A stretch of DNA of 64,000 nucleotides, taken from assembly GCA_963696385.1 (NCBI GenBank), contig CAVOKF010000008.1, positions 448,001 to 512,000 on the forward strand, written 5' to 3'. The notes beneath the pieces were generated by a model. That model ran no database searches, had not been told where the DNA came from, and was given only the letters and a program-made list of their open reading frames with translations. Position 1 is the stretch's first letter. Each line of letters starts with the position of its first letter. This stretch comes from an uncultured delta proteobacterium. GTDB lineage: Bacteria; Myxococcota_A; Polyangia; Polyangiales; Polyangiaceae. A program made the translations under genes and the position numbers. Shown piece after piece: positions 1 to 10,855 of this stretch.

Positions 1-196
1 CGTGATCGAACGATCGGTTCTCACCGATGATGACCAGGACGTGCTTGATGGGCGTCTTGGTCCTGTCGTCGTTCGTGCCCTTCTTGGAGTCCGTCTCCGC
101 GAACGATGTGTTGGCCGCGGCCGGCGCCGACGGGGCGGCGGCAGCCCCGATCCACCCGAGGCCCGTCAAAATCCACAGAGCTGTCTGCTTACGCAT
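1..196 (-). CDS. Phosphoesterase / phospholipase C / acid phosphatase family protein, N-terminal part (runs off the window)
   Basis: Not in the ORF track. Manual minus-strand translation from ATG 196, with GAGGAGG RBS: MRKQTALWILTGLGWIGAAAAP...TKTPIKHVLVIIGENRSFDH. Signal peptide plus the ENRSFDH phosphoesterase motif. Confidence 0.85.
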   Translation of the reverse strand, partial: MRKQTALWILTGLGWIGAAAAPSAPAAANTSFAETDSKKGTNDDRTKTPIKHVLVIIGENRSFDH

Positions 197-424
197 GGTT
201 CGATATCCTCCTCAATGAAAATATGCCAGTTGCTGGGATCGCCCATTCTCGACTCGGCGCCTCCGCATCGCCTACGAGCACTCGTCGTGCCAGACCTCTC
301 GTATGCCGACTTTCGTATTCGGATCCTGCCGATCCGCGTTACCGACCTCCGAAAGCGCGTAGGCGCAGACCTCCGAATTTCCGATGGCGACCTCCGAATT
401 CCGGAATCGCCGAGGCTGGCTTCT

Positions 425-1726
425 TCAGCGGAACTGCGCGTCCGTCAGCGTCCCCAAAAACGCCACGATGGCGTCGATCTCTGAATCGTCGAGCGCCGGG
501 GTTCCGCCTCGGCGGCGGTTGTACGGAGCTTTATCCACGTTGACGTTGTCTCGATATTCGGTGGGTATGTCGTCGAATGCGCCGGATTTGTACCAGCGCT
601 CAGGATGGGTATCCCGCGTCGCATAAAAGGCAATGACGTCTCGAAGTTTGGAAAAAACGCCGTTGTGCATGAAATACTGCCGGACGGCCACGTTGCGCAG
701 CGACGGCGTTCGGAACCGCCCGCAGAACTCTGCGGTCTTGGCCTTGTAGTCGGCGTCGCCGCGTTCGCAGAGTCCCAGATCGAAGTACTTCGGGTCGCGG
801 GTCGCCGGCAGCGCGCGATTGCGCGGCGCCGCCACGGCGTCGAATTCGTAATCCGTGAAGAGCGAGGCCTTGGGGTCCGGGGAGCGATCGTTGAGCTTGT
901 GGCATCCGGAGCAGGCGCCCTTCGCGGGATCCTTGAAGAGCTTGAGGCCCTGCGCTTCGATCGGCGTAAACTGATCGCGGCCGCGAATGCAATCGTCGTA
1001 TCGAGACGAAAACGGCGACATCTCCGGACTCAAGAGATAGGCGTTCACCGCGTCGCCGAGAGCTTTGAGGACGGCATTCGGATCGGGGTCGTCCAGAACC
1101 GAGCCGAACTCCCTCCGGAAATCCGCGGCATACGGGCCCGCGATGGTTGCGGCGATGCGTCCCGCGTCGCCCCCGTTCATCTCGTCGGGGTTCAATAGCG
1201 GCTGCTTCACCAGGTCGACGAGGGAGTCGACCCGGCCGTCCCAGAAGAATCCCGCGTACGCGCCTACGAGCGGAGCGTCCTCCTCCCAGTGAAGGTGGAA
1301 TTTACGAACGAATCGCAGATACAGCGCCGACGGCGTGTTGCGCTTCGCAAAATGATTCGGCCGGCTGCCCAACGCAACGCCGTTGGTCGAACCATGATTG
1401 CCGGCAAAGGCGCGCTTCGGATCGTGGCAGCTGGCGCAACTGGTTCCTTCTGGAACGGAAAGGCGCGGATCGAAGAACAGGGTGCGGCCCAACGACACGC
1501 GCGCGTCACTGGCTTGACCCGAAGGGGTCCCCCCGGCATCGGCCGAGGCAGCGGCCGCCGGATGGGGCTTGTGAGGGCTGGGTGCGGAAGCCGGGGGGCG
1601 AGCGGCCGCGGTCGCCGTAACGAACGCCGATGAAGCGGCCCGAACTCCAAACATCGCGCCGAGCACCACGAGACCGCCGGCGATTGCGGCGCCGACTCGC
1701 TGCCACGCGGTTCGGTGGGGCCTCAT
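425..1726 (-). CDS. Diheme cytochrome c peroxidase / MauG family protein (BthA-like)
   Basis: Two heme motifs (CASCH, CSGCH), LGRTLFFDPRLS, RNTPS, FWDGR, FRTPSLRNVA...FMHNG; N-terminal hydrophobic signal. Confidence 0.9.
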   Translation of the reverse strand: MRPHRTAWQRVGAAIAGGLVVLGAMFGVRAASSAFVTATAAARPPASAPSPHKPHPAAAASADAGGTPSGQASDARVSLGRTLFFDPRLSVPEGTSCASCHDPKRAFAGNHGSTNGVALGSRPNHFAKRNTPSALYLRFVRKFHLHWEEDAPLVGAYAGFFWDGRVDSLVDLVKQPLLNPDEMNGGDAGRIAATIAGPYAADFRREFGSVLDDPDPNAVLKALGDAVNAYLLSPEMSPFSSRYDDCIRGRDQFTPIEAQGLKLFKDPAKGACSGCHKLNDRSPDPKASLFTDYEFDAVAAPRNRALPATRDPKYFDLGLCERGDADYKAKTAEFCGRFRTPSLRNVAVRQYFMHNGVFSKLRDVIAFYATRDTHPERWYKSGAFDDIPTEYRDNVNVDKAPYNRRRGGTPALDDSEIDAIVAFLGTLTDAQFR

Positions 1727-2061
1727 CCACGGTCGGCTTCTAGCAATGGTGAGAAGGGACCAAGTGACGATTTGGCAAAAGCGCGGTTGCCATCGTGTTC
1801 GACGAACGTGTTCCTAGCGTCGATGCGGCGGGGCGCTCCTCGCGGGGAGCCTCCGGGCCTCGCGAAACCTCGTGACGTGGCGCAGCGGCCCTCATGTTCG
1901 CGATCCGCCCGGGTGCCGCTTTGCCGAGCGCGAGCGGGAAAGCGGCAAACCTAGGCTCATCCGTCCAAGGGCATCGCAAGTTTGCACGGGACTTTATTAA
2001 GGCAATACTGCTTGGAATTCGTCGAGACGGCGTAGCGGCCCTCTCGGCGAGAGCCGCCCCC

Positions 2062-2850
2062 ATGCGCCCAAGCCGCCGCCGCATTGTTCCGCCCGCATTC
2101 GTTGTCTGGATCTCTGCGGCGATCCTCGGCGCGTGCGCCGCCGATCCGGGGGACGCGGCGAAACCGGTTCAGGCGAGCGCCCCGGTCGTGCCCGCGATCG
2201 ACTCCGGCAGCCCGATGACGACCGACGAAGATGGCCCCTCTTACGCGGCCGGCGACGGGTCGGCGGCGCCGAGCGGCGACGACGCGACCGCGCCCCTCGA
2301 GAGCGACGCCAGTACGACCGGGGCTCCCGACACGAGCTCCGGCCCCGAGGTCAGTACGACCCCGACGGACGACGCAACGCCGGAAGATGCTCCCACCGCG
2401 ACTCAAGACGCCGGAGCCGAGCCGAGCGATGCGAGCACGACCCCGGCGCGGGATGGCGCATCGGCTCCGGACGCGCGCACCGCGCCCGCCCAGGACGCGG
2501 GCGACGCGACGGCCCCACCGCCGGCGGACGCCGGACCCGGCTGCACGCCCGGAGCGACGGTCGTGGTCCTGATGCCGTCGGGGCCGTGCGGCAACTCGGG
2601 CAACCTCATGCCGGGAAACGGCACACTCGGGGCCGTCTGTGTCGAGTTCCACGGGAGCGTGCCCAACGGCTGGAACGCGTCGAACGCCTCCGGATGCTCG
2701 ATCACCTTGACCGGTGGCGGCACGCCGCAGACCGTGACGGGAAGCGCCGCGATGAGCAATCAGCCGCCCATGCCGGCAGGAGCCAACGGGTACGTCTACT
2801 GGAACCTGACGGCAGGCTGCATCGACTACGCGTCGATTCAATGCTTTTAG
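2062..2850 (+). CDS. Hypothetical lipoprotein with DAG/Pro/Thr-rich linker and Cys-containing C-terminal domain
   Basis: Lipobox ILGAC after a hydrophobic stretch; low-complexity DAG linker; compact C-terminal domain. Start chosen at ATG 2062. Confidence 0.65.
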   Translation: MRPSRRRIVPPAFVVWISAAILGACAADPGDAAKPVQASAPVVPAIDSGSPMTTDEDGPSYAAGDGSAAPSGDDATAPLESDASTTGAPDTSSGPEVSTTPTDDATPEDAPTATQDAGAEPSDASTTPARDGASAPDARTAPAQDAGDATAPPPADAGPGCTPGATVVVLMPSGPCGNSGNLMPGNGTLGAVCVEFHGSVPNGWNASNASGCSITLTGGGTPQTVTGSAAMSNQPPMPAGANGYVYWNLTAGCIDYASIQCF

Positions 2851-2894
2851 GGCGACGCACCCGGACCGCGGCTACGGATTGAGCCAGGGGCGGA

Positions 2895-3938
<1,044 letters not shown>

Positions 3939-3983
3939 GGTTGGCGGTCTCCTTGAGCCGGACCGGCTCGGGAGGGGCGCTAA

Positions 3984-3999
3984 TGCAATGGGTGGACCG
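3984..3999 (-). promoter_or_regulatory. Putative sigma54 promoter of the activator gene
   Basis: Minus strand CGGTCCACCCATTGCA = GG-N10-GC with TTGCA -12 element. Confidence 0.5.
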
Positions 4000-4174
4000 T
4001 TCATAAATGCCGTTATTTTGACGCTTCTTGCGCGCGGCTGGGGTCGATTCGACCCTTCCCACGCGGGAAGATCCTGCAGCTTTTCTCGAAAAAAAGGCTG
4101 GAAACGCGTCGAGCTTCGCTTGACCCAGGTGGGACGATGTTGACCCATCCCCCAAAGCAAAATGGGAATACCGA

Positions 4175-4684
4175 TTACTCTGCGCTCGCGCCGGCGGCCG
4201 TTGCCGCGATCGTGTTGCCGTTGGCGTTCGCCGGGGACTGCGCCCCGCGCGGCGCCGTCACGACCGGAGGCTGAATCGGCGTCGCCGCCGAGAATTTGCT
4301 CCAATCCAGCACGACTTGCGTTCCCTTGCGGGCCCGGCGGTCGACCGCGATGGGGGCGACCAGGTTCGCGACCATCCGGGGCTCATCGCGGCTCACGCGG
4401 ACGATGACGAGCAGCGACAGGTCCGCGGGCTTGATGGCGGCCTGTCTCGCACATTCTTCGATATCCGACGCCGTGTAGCCGGGAAGCACCGAGCTGCCCT
4501 CAATCACCGGAAAGGCGAGCGAAGGAGTCGAGAGCGACTGCAACCACGAAATGGCGCTGCCGGAGGCGGGGGCCAAGAGGACGAACTGTCCCTCCTGGGG
4601 AAAGCCGATGATGCCGGTGCTTAGAGTGATTACGCGAGCGTCGTCGATTTCAATTTGTCCAAATCGGGTGCCGGTGATTTGCAT
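4175..4684 (-). CDS. fliW: Flagellar assembly factor FliW
   Basis: [17 protein letters not shown]...LAF, ANLVAPI motifs; next to csrA. Confidence 0.9.
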   Translation of the reverse strand: MQITGTRFGQIEIDDARVITLSTGIIGFPQEGQFVLLAPASGSAISWLQSLSTPSLAFPVIEGSSVLPGYTASDIEECARQAAIKPADLSLLVIVRVSRDEPRMVANLVAPIAVDRRARKGTQVVLDWSKFSAATPIQPPVVTAPRGAQSPANANGNTIAATAAGASAE

Positions 4685-4920
4685 GACTCTGCCTTCTCTG
4701 TGGGGGCGTTTGGTTCGGACGCGGAACCCTCGATCGAAGTGTCTCCGGCGGCGGTGTTGGCCGCCGCCACCTCGTCGTGCACTTCTCCACGAAGTACGAC
4801 AATTCCGTCCGGAGCTCGAACGGCGAGACGGACACCTCGTTTCGTGACTTCCGCGATCGTAATCTCGACGTCATTCGAGATGACGATCCGCTCACCCACA
4901 CGCCGTTGGATGATGAGCAT
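4630..4920 (-). CDS. csrA: Carbon storage regulator CsrA
   Basis: MLIIQRRVGERIVISNDVEITI...VRLAVRAPDGIVVLRGEV; the tail overlaps the fliW start by 55 nt. Confidence 0.9.
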   Translation of the reverse strand: MLIIQRRVGERIVISNDVEITIAEVTKRGVRLAVRAPDGIVVLRGEVHDEVAAANTAAGDTSIEGSASEPNAPTEKAESCKSPAPDLDKLKSTTLA

Positions 4921-4931
4921 ATCGATGTTCT

Positions 4932-4947
4932 TGCACGCCGCGCGCCA
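4932..4947 (-). promoter_or_regulatory. Putative sigma54 promoter of csrA-fliW
   Basis: TGGCGCGCGGCGTGCA, GG-N10-GC, 12 nt before the ATG. Confidence 0.6.
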
Positions 4948-4971
4948 TCGACCGCGCCGCGCGCCCACCGG

Positions 4972-5859
4972 CTAGCCCAGTTGCTGTTGCTCGGTCTGGA
5001 ACATCGACAGGATCTGGCGATTCACGCTGATCGCGCTCTCGTAACTCGTCTGAACCTGCGTGAGTTCCGAGTAAACCGTGGGCGCGTCGGCATCCTGCTC
5101 GTTCGCGAGCGACGTCTGAGCGGTCGTCAGCGCAGTCGCCATCACCTCGCTGCTCGACTGAAGCGTTCCCGCGCTGACGCCCACGTTGACTTGAGCGTCA
5201 ACGACTTGGCTGTTGTCGGCCGTCAGATTGCCGACGGACGACTGAATCGTCGCGACATCGTTGCTCGACAGGGCAGTCGCCAAGTTCTGAAGATCGGCAA
5301 TCACGTTCCGGCCCCCGGCCGCGGTGAAGGCGTCCGCGCCGCTCGCGTTGCTCTGCACGGTGACGCCGTTGGCAATCTCCACCTGGGTCACGCCTGCGTT
5401 GCCGCTGAAATTGCCGTTCGCGTCGAACGGCGGGGTGCTGGTATTCGTCCCCCCGAAGAGGTATCCGTTGGCCCCCTGCGTGTTGGCGAGTCCGATCATC
5501 TGCTGCGCGATCTGGTTCACCTGCGTCGCCGAGTTGGCGCGCGTCGACGCACTCTGACTGCCGTCCGACGCCTCGACCGCGATTTGCTGCGCCTGAACGA
5601 GCAGGGCGGCGGCCGACGACAGAGCGCCGTTGGCCAGGTTCAGGTCGCCCGCGACGGCCGTGACCGCCGAGCTTCGAGCCTGAAGGGTCGAGATCTGGGC
5701 ATTCAAGGAGGAGACGGTCGCGTAGCCCGCGGGGTCGTCGGAGGGCTGGTTGATCTTCAGCCCGGAGGACGCCTCGGCGGTGAGGCCGTACATTTGGCTC
5801 GACGCGCTCGCCTGGCTGGCGAGGGCGTCGTTCAGTTGCATATTGTCGGTGATACGCAT
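4972..5859 (-). CDS. flgL: Hook-associated protein 3 FlgL
   Basis: MRITDN...SSGLKINQPSDDPAG, ANTQ...GYLFGG; follows flgK. Confidence 0.93.
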   Translation of the reverse strand: MRITDNMQLNDALASQASASSQMYGLTAEASSGLKINQPSDDPAGYATVSSLNAQISTLQARSSAVTAVAGDLNLANGALSSAAALLVQAQQIAVEASDGSQSASTRANSATQVNQIAQQMIGLANTQGANGYLFGGTNTSTPPFDANGNFSGNAGVTQVEIANGVTVQSNASGADAFTAAGGRNVIADLQNLATALSSNDVATIQSSVGNLTADNSQVVDAQVNVGVSAGTLQSSSEVMATALTTAQTSLANEQDADAPTVYSELTQVQTSYESAISVNRQILSMFQTEQQQLG

Positions 5860-7253
5860 TAGTTTGCCGGCATCATATCCATCAGATCAGTGAAAAGCGT
5901 CTGAGCTGTCTGGATCACTTTGGTGGAAGCTTCGTAGGCATTCTGGAACTGGGTCATGTTGGTCATCTCCTGATCGAGGGAGACTCCGCTCACACTGCTG
6001 TTGAGATTCTGTGCTTGCAGGACCATCTGGTCGCGGGTCTGACTCTCGGTGTCCGCCGCCGAGGCCATGTCGCCCACGTTCGACGCGATCGCTGCGAAGG
6101 TCTGGGCGGGCGCCGGTCCGCCGGCCATCGGTTGCGTGCCCAACTGCGACAGAGCCACCGCGCCGTCGTTGCCCCCGGGCAGACCCGCGGCGGTGCTCGA
6201 CGCCGCGATGTAGCTCGGTTGTCCCGCGATGGCGGGATCGACGGCAAACGCCGCCGCCGCTCCGGCGACGGTCGTTGGAGGCGTAAACAGGTCTCGACCC
6301 GTGCCGCCGTCGGTGCCGTATCCCGCCGACTGAACGGCGTTGACGGTCGTCGCGAGATTGTACGCAAACTGGTCGAGCTGACTGGAGACGCTGGGAATGT
6401 CGTTGTTGTGGACCTCGACGATGCCCCCCAGGCTCCCCTGGGTCGTATGGGCGGTGATGTCGACCGACCCGCCGCCCGGCTGCTGGGACAGGACTTGAAT
6501 GTTGCCGCTGCCGTCGAGCCCTACGCTGACCGAAGACGCTTGGTCTCCCGTCACCAGGGCCGTGCCCGACGAGAGCAACGTGTAACTGCCGGACGAGCCT
6601 TGAATGACTTGAGCGCCGATTTCGGTGCTGACTTGGCTGACGAGCGCGTCGCGCTGATCCTCCATGTCGCTCGGATCCGACCCCGCGGCGCTCGCTTGGG
6701 CGATTGAACCGTTCAACTGAGCAATCTGCGAAAGCTGACCGTTGAGCGTCGTCGCGACACCTTGCGCCTGAGTGACCAGAGCGCTGCTCTGGGTCGACAG
6801 TCCCGCCGCCGTGCTCGAAATGTTTTGCGCCAAGCTCGTCGCGCTCTGCAGGACGGCGGCGCGCGTCGCGGTGTCGGAGGGCGCGCTTTCGAGCGCAGTC
6901 AGCGACGAAAAAAACGAATTGACGCTGTCGCCGATGGTGCCGCTGCTCGGCGCAACGATGCTCTGCAGAGCCTGCACGGCCTGGTCGCGTGCGTCCGCGG
7001 CTCCACCGAGCCCCTGCTGGGTCAGCATGTTGGTCTGGGTGAGCGCGCTGTACGAACGGGTGATGCCCGTGACTTGGACGCTGCCCGCGAAGGTGTCGCC
7101 CGTGGCGGTCGTCTCGAGATTGGCGGTCACCTCGGAATACCCCGGGGTGTTCGCGTTCGAGACGTTTTGACTCGTCGCGTCGAGGGCGGCGGTTTGTGCC
7201 GCGAGCCCGTCGGACGCGATGTTGAGCAGACCGGATAGCGACGTCGAGTTCAT
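5859..7253 (-). CDS. flgK: Hook-associated protein 1 FlgK
   Basis: NVSNANTPGYS, DQRDAL, SGVSLDQEMTNMTQFQNAYEAS. Confidence 0.95.
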   Translation of the reverse strand: MNSTSLSGLLNIASDGLAAQTAALDATSQNVSNANTPGYSEVTANLETTATGDTFAGSVQVTGITRSYSALTQTNMLTQQGLGGAADARDQAVQALQSIVAPSSGTIGDSVNSFFSSLTALESAPSDTATRAAVLQSATSLAQNISSTAAGLSTQSSALVTQAQGVATTLNGQLSQIAQLNGSIAQASAAGSDPSDMEDQRDALVSQVSTEIGAQVIQGSSGSYTLLSSGTALVTGDQASSVSVGLDGSGNIQVLSQQPGGGSVDITAHTTQGSLGGIVEVHNNDIPSVSSQLDQFAYNLATTVNAVQSAGYGTDGGTGRDLFTPPTTVAGAAAAFAVDPAIAGQPSYIAASSTAAGLPGGNDGAVALSQLGTQPMAGGPAPAQTFAAIASNVGDMASAADTESQTRDQMVLQAQNLNSSVSGVSLDQEMTNMTQFQNAYEASTKVIQTAQTLFTDLMDMMPAN

Positions 7254-7256
7254 GGC

Positions 7257-7598
7257 CTAACCCCGGACCGACAGGCGGTTGCCGGCGCCGAAATTCGGCC
7301 GCCCTGGAAAGCCCGGTGTAGAGGCCGCCAGCTGACCCCCACGCACCCGCAGGATGTCACGAAGAATGCTACGAGCATGCGCGAGTAGAACGCCGTTCTG
7401 TCGCAGTTTGCCGACCACAGTGCGCAGCCGAGGCGCCAGACGCGCGCGCTCCTCCGGTTCGAGTGTCGTCAACAGCCGAACGAGGTCGAGCTTCTGAGCG
7501 GCGGTCGCATCGACCGCCGCCCCATCGAGCCGACGGATGGCGTCGCGCTCGGTTTCGAGCACTTGATCCAGCTTTTCCAGTGCCCCTTGCCCGTTCAT
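7257..7598 (-). CDS. flgN: Probable export chaperone FlgN
   Basis: Helical 113 aa protein between flgM and flgK; LETERDAI...QNGVLL pattern. Confidence 0.65.
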   Translation of the reverse strand: MNGQGALEKLDQVLETERDAIRRLDGAAVDATAAQKLDLVRLLTTLEPEERARLAPRLRTVVGKLRQNGVLLAHARSILRDILRVRGGQLAASTPGFPGRPNFGAGNRLSVRG

Positions 7599-7602
7599 CG
7601 AC

Positions 7603-7896
7603 TTAGTCTCCGTTCACGATCCGTTGAGCAATTTTCGTGCTGTCGACGTCGAGGGTTCCCGAGCTCACGGCCTGTTGCAGCCGCGCCACTTTCGCCTCGT
7701 CCACGTCGCCACCGCCGGACGCCTGGGCGTCGGCGAGTTCGCGTGCCTTCGCGGACACGGTGACGGTCACGGCACTTTGCGCCTCGGCGCTCGTTGCGCC
7801 GGCCGCGCCGGCGCCGTTCGGTCCCACCTTGTTGCGTGCCGCAGCGTTCTGAGCCGCGTCGGCGCCGAGCGCCGCGTACCTATCGTTGATCCGCAT
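7603..7896 (-). CDS. flgM: Anti-sigma28 factor FlgM
   Basis: VTVSAKAREL...VDEAKVARLQQAVSSGTLDVDSTKIAQRI. Confidence 0.9.
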   Translation of the reverse strand: MRINDRYAALGADAAQNAAARNKVGPNGAGAAGATSAEAQSAVTVTVSAKARELADAQASGGGDVDEAKVARLQQAVSSGTLDVDSTKIAQRIVNGD

Positions 7897-7941
7897 CGTT
7901 CTCTCCGCGGGGCGGGGGGTTGCTTTGGCCCGCTACCCTCG

Positions 7942-7970
7942 GGAACGGCGGCGCACACGGGAGCTTGAAG
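7942..7970 (-). promoter_or_regulatory. Putative sigma28 (FliA) promoter of flgM
   Basis: CTTCAAG-N14-GCCGTTCC on the minus strand; same layout upstream of fliC. Confidence 0.65.
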
Positions 7971-7971
7971 A

Positions 7972-8274
7972 CTATTTGGGCTTCGATGCCGCCGCGTGCG
8001 CACGGTTGAGCGCGTCCTCGATCTCGCGCGCGAGCCCCAGGCCACCCCCCTTGGTGATACCCGAAGCGAGGGCGTCGACCGCCATTCCGTCGTAGCCCTG
8101 CTGCTTGTCGTGACCGCCGCCGATCTTCGCCGCGGTCAGGATTTGACGGACGAACATCGCCTCGAACTCTTGCGCGGCCTTGTGAACCTTCGGGTCGACC
8201 GGCGTCGGACTGGGCTTCGTCGCGGCGTTGGCGGCCAGCGGGGCCTGGGGCGTGATGGGGGCGATCTTGTTCAT
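7972..8274 (-). CDS. flgJ: FlgJ N-terminal (rod-binding) domain only
   Basis: KAAQEFEAMFVRQIL...GGGLGLAREI; ATGA overlap with flgI; no muramidase domain. Confidence 0.85.
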   Translation of the reverse strand: MNKIAPITPQAPLAANAATKPSPTPVDPKVHKAAQEFEAMFVRQILTAAKIGGGHDKQQGYDGMAVDALASGITKGGGLGLAREIEDALNRAHAAASKPK

Positions 8275-9404
8275 TGGATGACTACCTCCGCCTCTAACGC
8301 ACCTGCGCCGCGCAGGGCATCGAGCACACTGGCCAGTTCGCGCGGCGCCAGTCCGAGCGCTCCGAGCGCCGAAGCAACGTCTGCGAGCGTCGGCGCCGCC
8401 GGCACGTAGGTCACCGTCCTGCGTCCTTCGTTCGTCTCGATATCCGTATGGGGCACGACCACCGTCGTGCCCTTGCCGCCCGGACCGAACGGCTGCGACG
8501 CCTCCGGGGTCTCCTTGACGACGATCGTCAGGTTTCCGTGGACGACGGCGACCGGAGACAAGCGCACATCGCCCCCTGCCACGATCGTTCCGGTGCGCTC
8601 GTTGATGACGACGCGCGCGGGCCTGACCGGAGTGACCTCCAAATCCTCGAGCAACGCGACGAGATCGATGATCCTCGTCGTATATTCGCCCGGCACTTTG
8701 ACCGAGACCATCCCGCCGTCGAGCGGCGACGCGGTCCCCGCTCCGAGCTTCTTGTTGATCGCTTCGGCGATTCGGCTCGACACCGTGAAGCCGGGGGTCC
8801 GAAGCTCGAGCCTCAGTGCGCCGTCGGCCACCAGGGTGGTGGGCACCTCGCGCTCCACGATCGCGCCCTCGACGATACGGCCCGCAGTCGTCAACCCGGA
8901 GTTGATGGAGGTGCCGCTCGCGCCTCGTGCGCTGAACCCCCCCACGAGCATGCTGCCCTGCGCCACCGCGTACACGCGCTGATCCGGGCCCTTCAGGACC
9001 GTCTGAATCAGCACGCCGCCCGAGAGCGATCGCGCGTTGCCGATGGACGACGCCGTGACGTCGATCTTCGTCCCCGACTTTGCAAACGGCGGCAGCACCG
9101 CCGTCACGACGACGGCCGCCGCGTTCTTCAGCCGCATCTGCTGCAGTTGCGTCGGATCGATTTGCACCCCGAGGCGGCGGAGCAGCGACAAGATCGATTG
9201 GCCCGAGAACGGAACCGTGAAATCGTCCCCCGTCCCCGACAGCCCGCTCACGATCCCGTATCCAATGAGCTGATTGTCCCGCGCGCCGGCGACTTCGACC
9301 AACTCGCGGAGCTTGTCGGCGTGCGCCACGCGCGGGACCGCGCACCATGCGATGGCCGCGATCAGTGCAGTGAGGAAAATCTTGAACTTGCGCAATGGAA
9401 TCAT
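8271..9404 (-). CDS. flgI: P-ring protein FlgI
   Basis: RDNQLIGYGIVSGLSGTGD, SSIGNARSLSGG, ARVVINERTGTIV. Confidence 0.97.
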   Translation of the reverse strand: MIPLRKFKIFLTALIAAIAWCAVPRVAHADKLRELVEVAGARDNQLIGYGIVSGLSGTGDDFTVPFSGQSILSLLRRLGVQIDPTQLQQMRLKNAAAVVVTAVLPPFAKSGTKIDVTASSIGNARSLSGGVLIQTVLKGPDQRVYAVAQGSMLVGGFSARGASGTSINSGLTTAGRIVEGAIVEREVPTTLVADGALRLELRTPGFTVSSRIAEAINKKLGAGTASPLDGGMVSVKVPGEYTTRIIDLVALLEDLEVTPVRPARVVINERTGTIVAGGDVRLSPVAVVHGNLTIVVKETPEASQPFGPGGKGTTVVVPHTDIETNEGRRTVTYVPAAPTLADVASALGALGLAPRELASVLDALRGAGALEAEVVIQ

Positions 9405-9407
9405 TCC

Positions 9408-10109
9408 TCAAAACGGGTTGATCGTATCGAGGATCCGAGCGAGCCACCCCTTGCGCTGTTGGTCCGCGATATCGCCCCGGCCCGTGAATTCGATTTGCGC
9501 GTCGGCGATCCGAGACGAGATCACCGAATTGTCCTGAGCGATGTCGGTCGGACGTACGAGACCGGATATGTAAAGATGGTATTCCTCGTTGTTGATGAGC
9601 AGCACCTTCGTGCCTTCGAGGAACATGTCGCCGTTCGGCATCTCACGCGCAACGCGTACCGCGATGTCGCCCGCCAGCTGACCGCTGCGCGCCGTGTCGC
9701 CTGCGCCGTTGTAGGTGGTCTGGCTCGCGTAACTGAAGAGCGTCGACGGATCCAACGCCGGATAGGCCTTTTTCAAGGCTGGGACGAGACCGAGAAGGCC
9801 GGTGAGACCGCTGCTGCCCACAGAGTTGTGGCTGAGATCGGTCGTCGCGGTGCCCGACGCATTCGGGGTTTCGTTGATGTGAATGAGCAGCATGTCGCCG
9901 ACGCGCACGGCGCGGGTGTCTTCGAGATATCCGGGCACCGCGTCGCTGAAGAGCGACCCCATGGCCGGGCGCGCGGAGGGCTGTCCCTGCGCATAGGTTC
10001 CGGGATTGTAGACACGCTGGCGCGGCGTGAACGCGGCGATATGCGGCGCGCCTGCGCAGGCCGGCAGGATCAACGCGATCAGGATGAGCGACAGGCGAGA
10101 GGCCATCAT
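9408..10109 (-). CDS. flgH: L-ring lipoprotein FlgH
   Basis: Lipobox LPAC; PNGDMFLEG, ISGLVRPTDI, SSRIADAQIEFTG, GWLARILDTINPF. Confidence 0.95.
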   Translation of the reverse strand: MMASRLSLILIALILPACAGAPHIAAFTPRQRVYNPGTYAQGQPSARPAMGSLFSDAVPGYLEDTRAVRVGDMLLIHINETPNASGTATTDLSHNSVGSSGLTGLLGLVPALKKAYPALDPSTLFSYASQTTYNGAGDTARSGQLAGDIAVRVAREMPNGDMFLEGTKVLLINNEEYHLYISGLVRPTDIAQDNSVISSRIADAQIEFTGRGDIADQQRKGWLARILDTINPF

Positions 10110-10855
10110 GGCGAATCCAGCGCGACGGCGTGTTCGGGGTCCTCGAGACGGGCGCGCACGACGCGCCCCGACGGGTGCAAGACCACCGGCAGGATCCCGC
10201 CGATGTCGGCGTCCGCTCCGGCGGTGCCCGAAGACGTCACTTCGACGAGCCCTCGCCGGACGACCAGGGTGACCCGCGCACCGTGCACCAGATCGGGGAT
10301 GGCCGCCTCCTCGGAGAGCGTCAAATCGACGGGAACGCTGATCATCAAGAGCGCCTCGGACTGCTCGAAGAACACGAGGCTCACGGCGGACGAGACCGGG
10401 CCGATCCGTCGCGGAGGCCGGGGAAGGTCGACCGTCACCCGGGTGAAGCCGTCGGGAACGTCGATCGCGCGCCCGGGATGGACCGCGCTGAGCGTGACGC
10501 CCCGGGTGAGTTTGGAAGTCACCCCTTGGCGGACGAGCAGCTCGATGTCGGTCGGTTCGACCCTTTTGGTCTTGCGCAGGACGCGGACCGAGGCCGGCAC
10601 GTGCTCGGCATCGTCGATGTCGTGATCGTGGAGCACCCGAACAATCTCCTCGCGGTCGATGACGCGCGAACCGCCCATGGCCGGCGCCGGGCCGAGGTCG
10701 ATGCCCGCCGCCTCGGGCCCGAGTCCAAGGACGACGTCACCGACCGAGACACGGGAGCTGGCCACGCGAATCTCTTGCACTTTCGGGCCGGCCGCAAAGC
10801 ACGGCGTCGACACGAACGCGAGGAGCGCGGCAACGATCAGGGGGCGCATCATCAT
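10106..10855 (-). CDS. flgA: P-ring chaperone FlgA
   Basis: Signal peptide; C-terminal LVHGARVTLV...SGRVVRARL; located between flgG and flgH. Confidence 0.75.
   Translation of the reverse strand: MMMRPLIVAALLAFVSTPCFAAGPKVQEIRVASSRVSVGDVVLGLGPEAAGIDLGPAPAMGGSRVIDREEIVRVLHDHDIDDAEHVPASVRVLRKTKRVEPTDIELLVRQGVTSKLTRGVTLSAVHPGRAIDVPDGFTRVTVDLPRPPRRIGPVSSAVSLVFFEQSEALLMISVPVDLTLSEEAAIPDLVHGARVTLVVRRGLVEVTSSGTAGADADIGGILPVVLHPSGRVVRARLEDPEHAVALDSP

Noticed and set aside
2..484. Plus-strand ORFs at the window start
   Set aside because: They are shadows of the minus-strand phosphoesterase, which has an RBS and a family motif.
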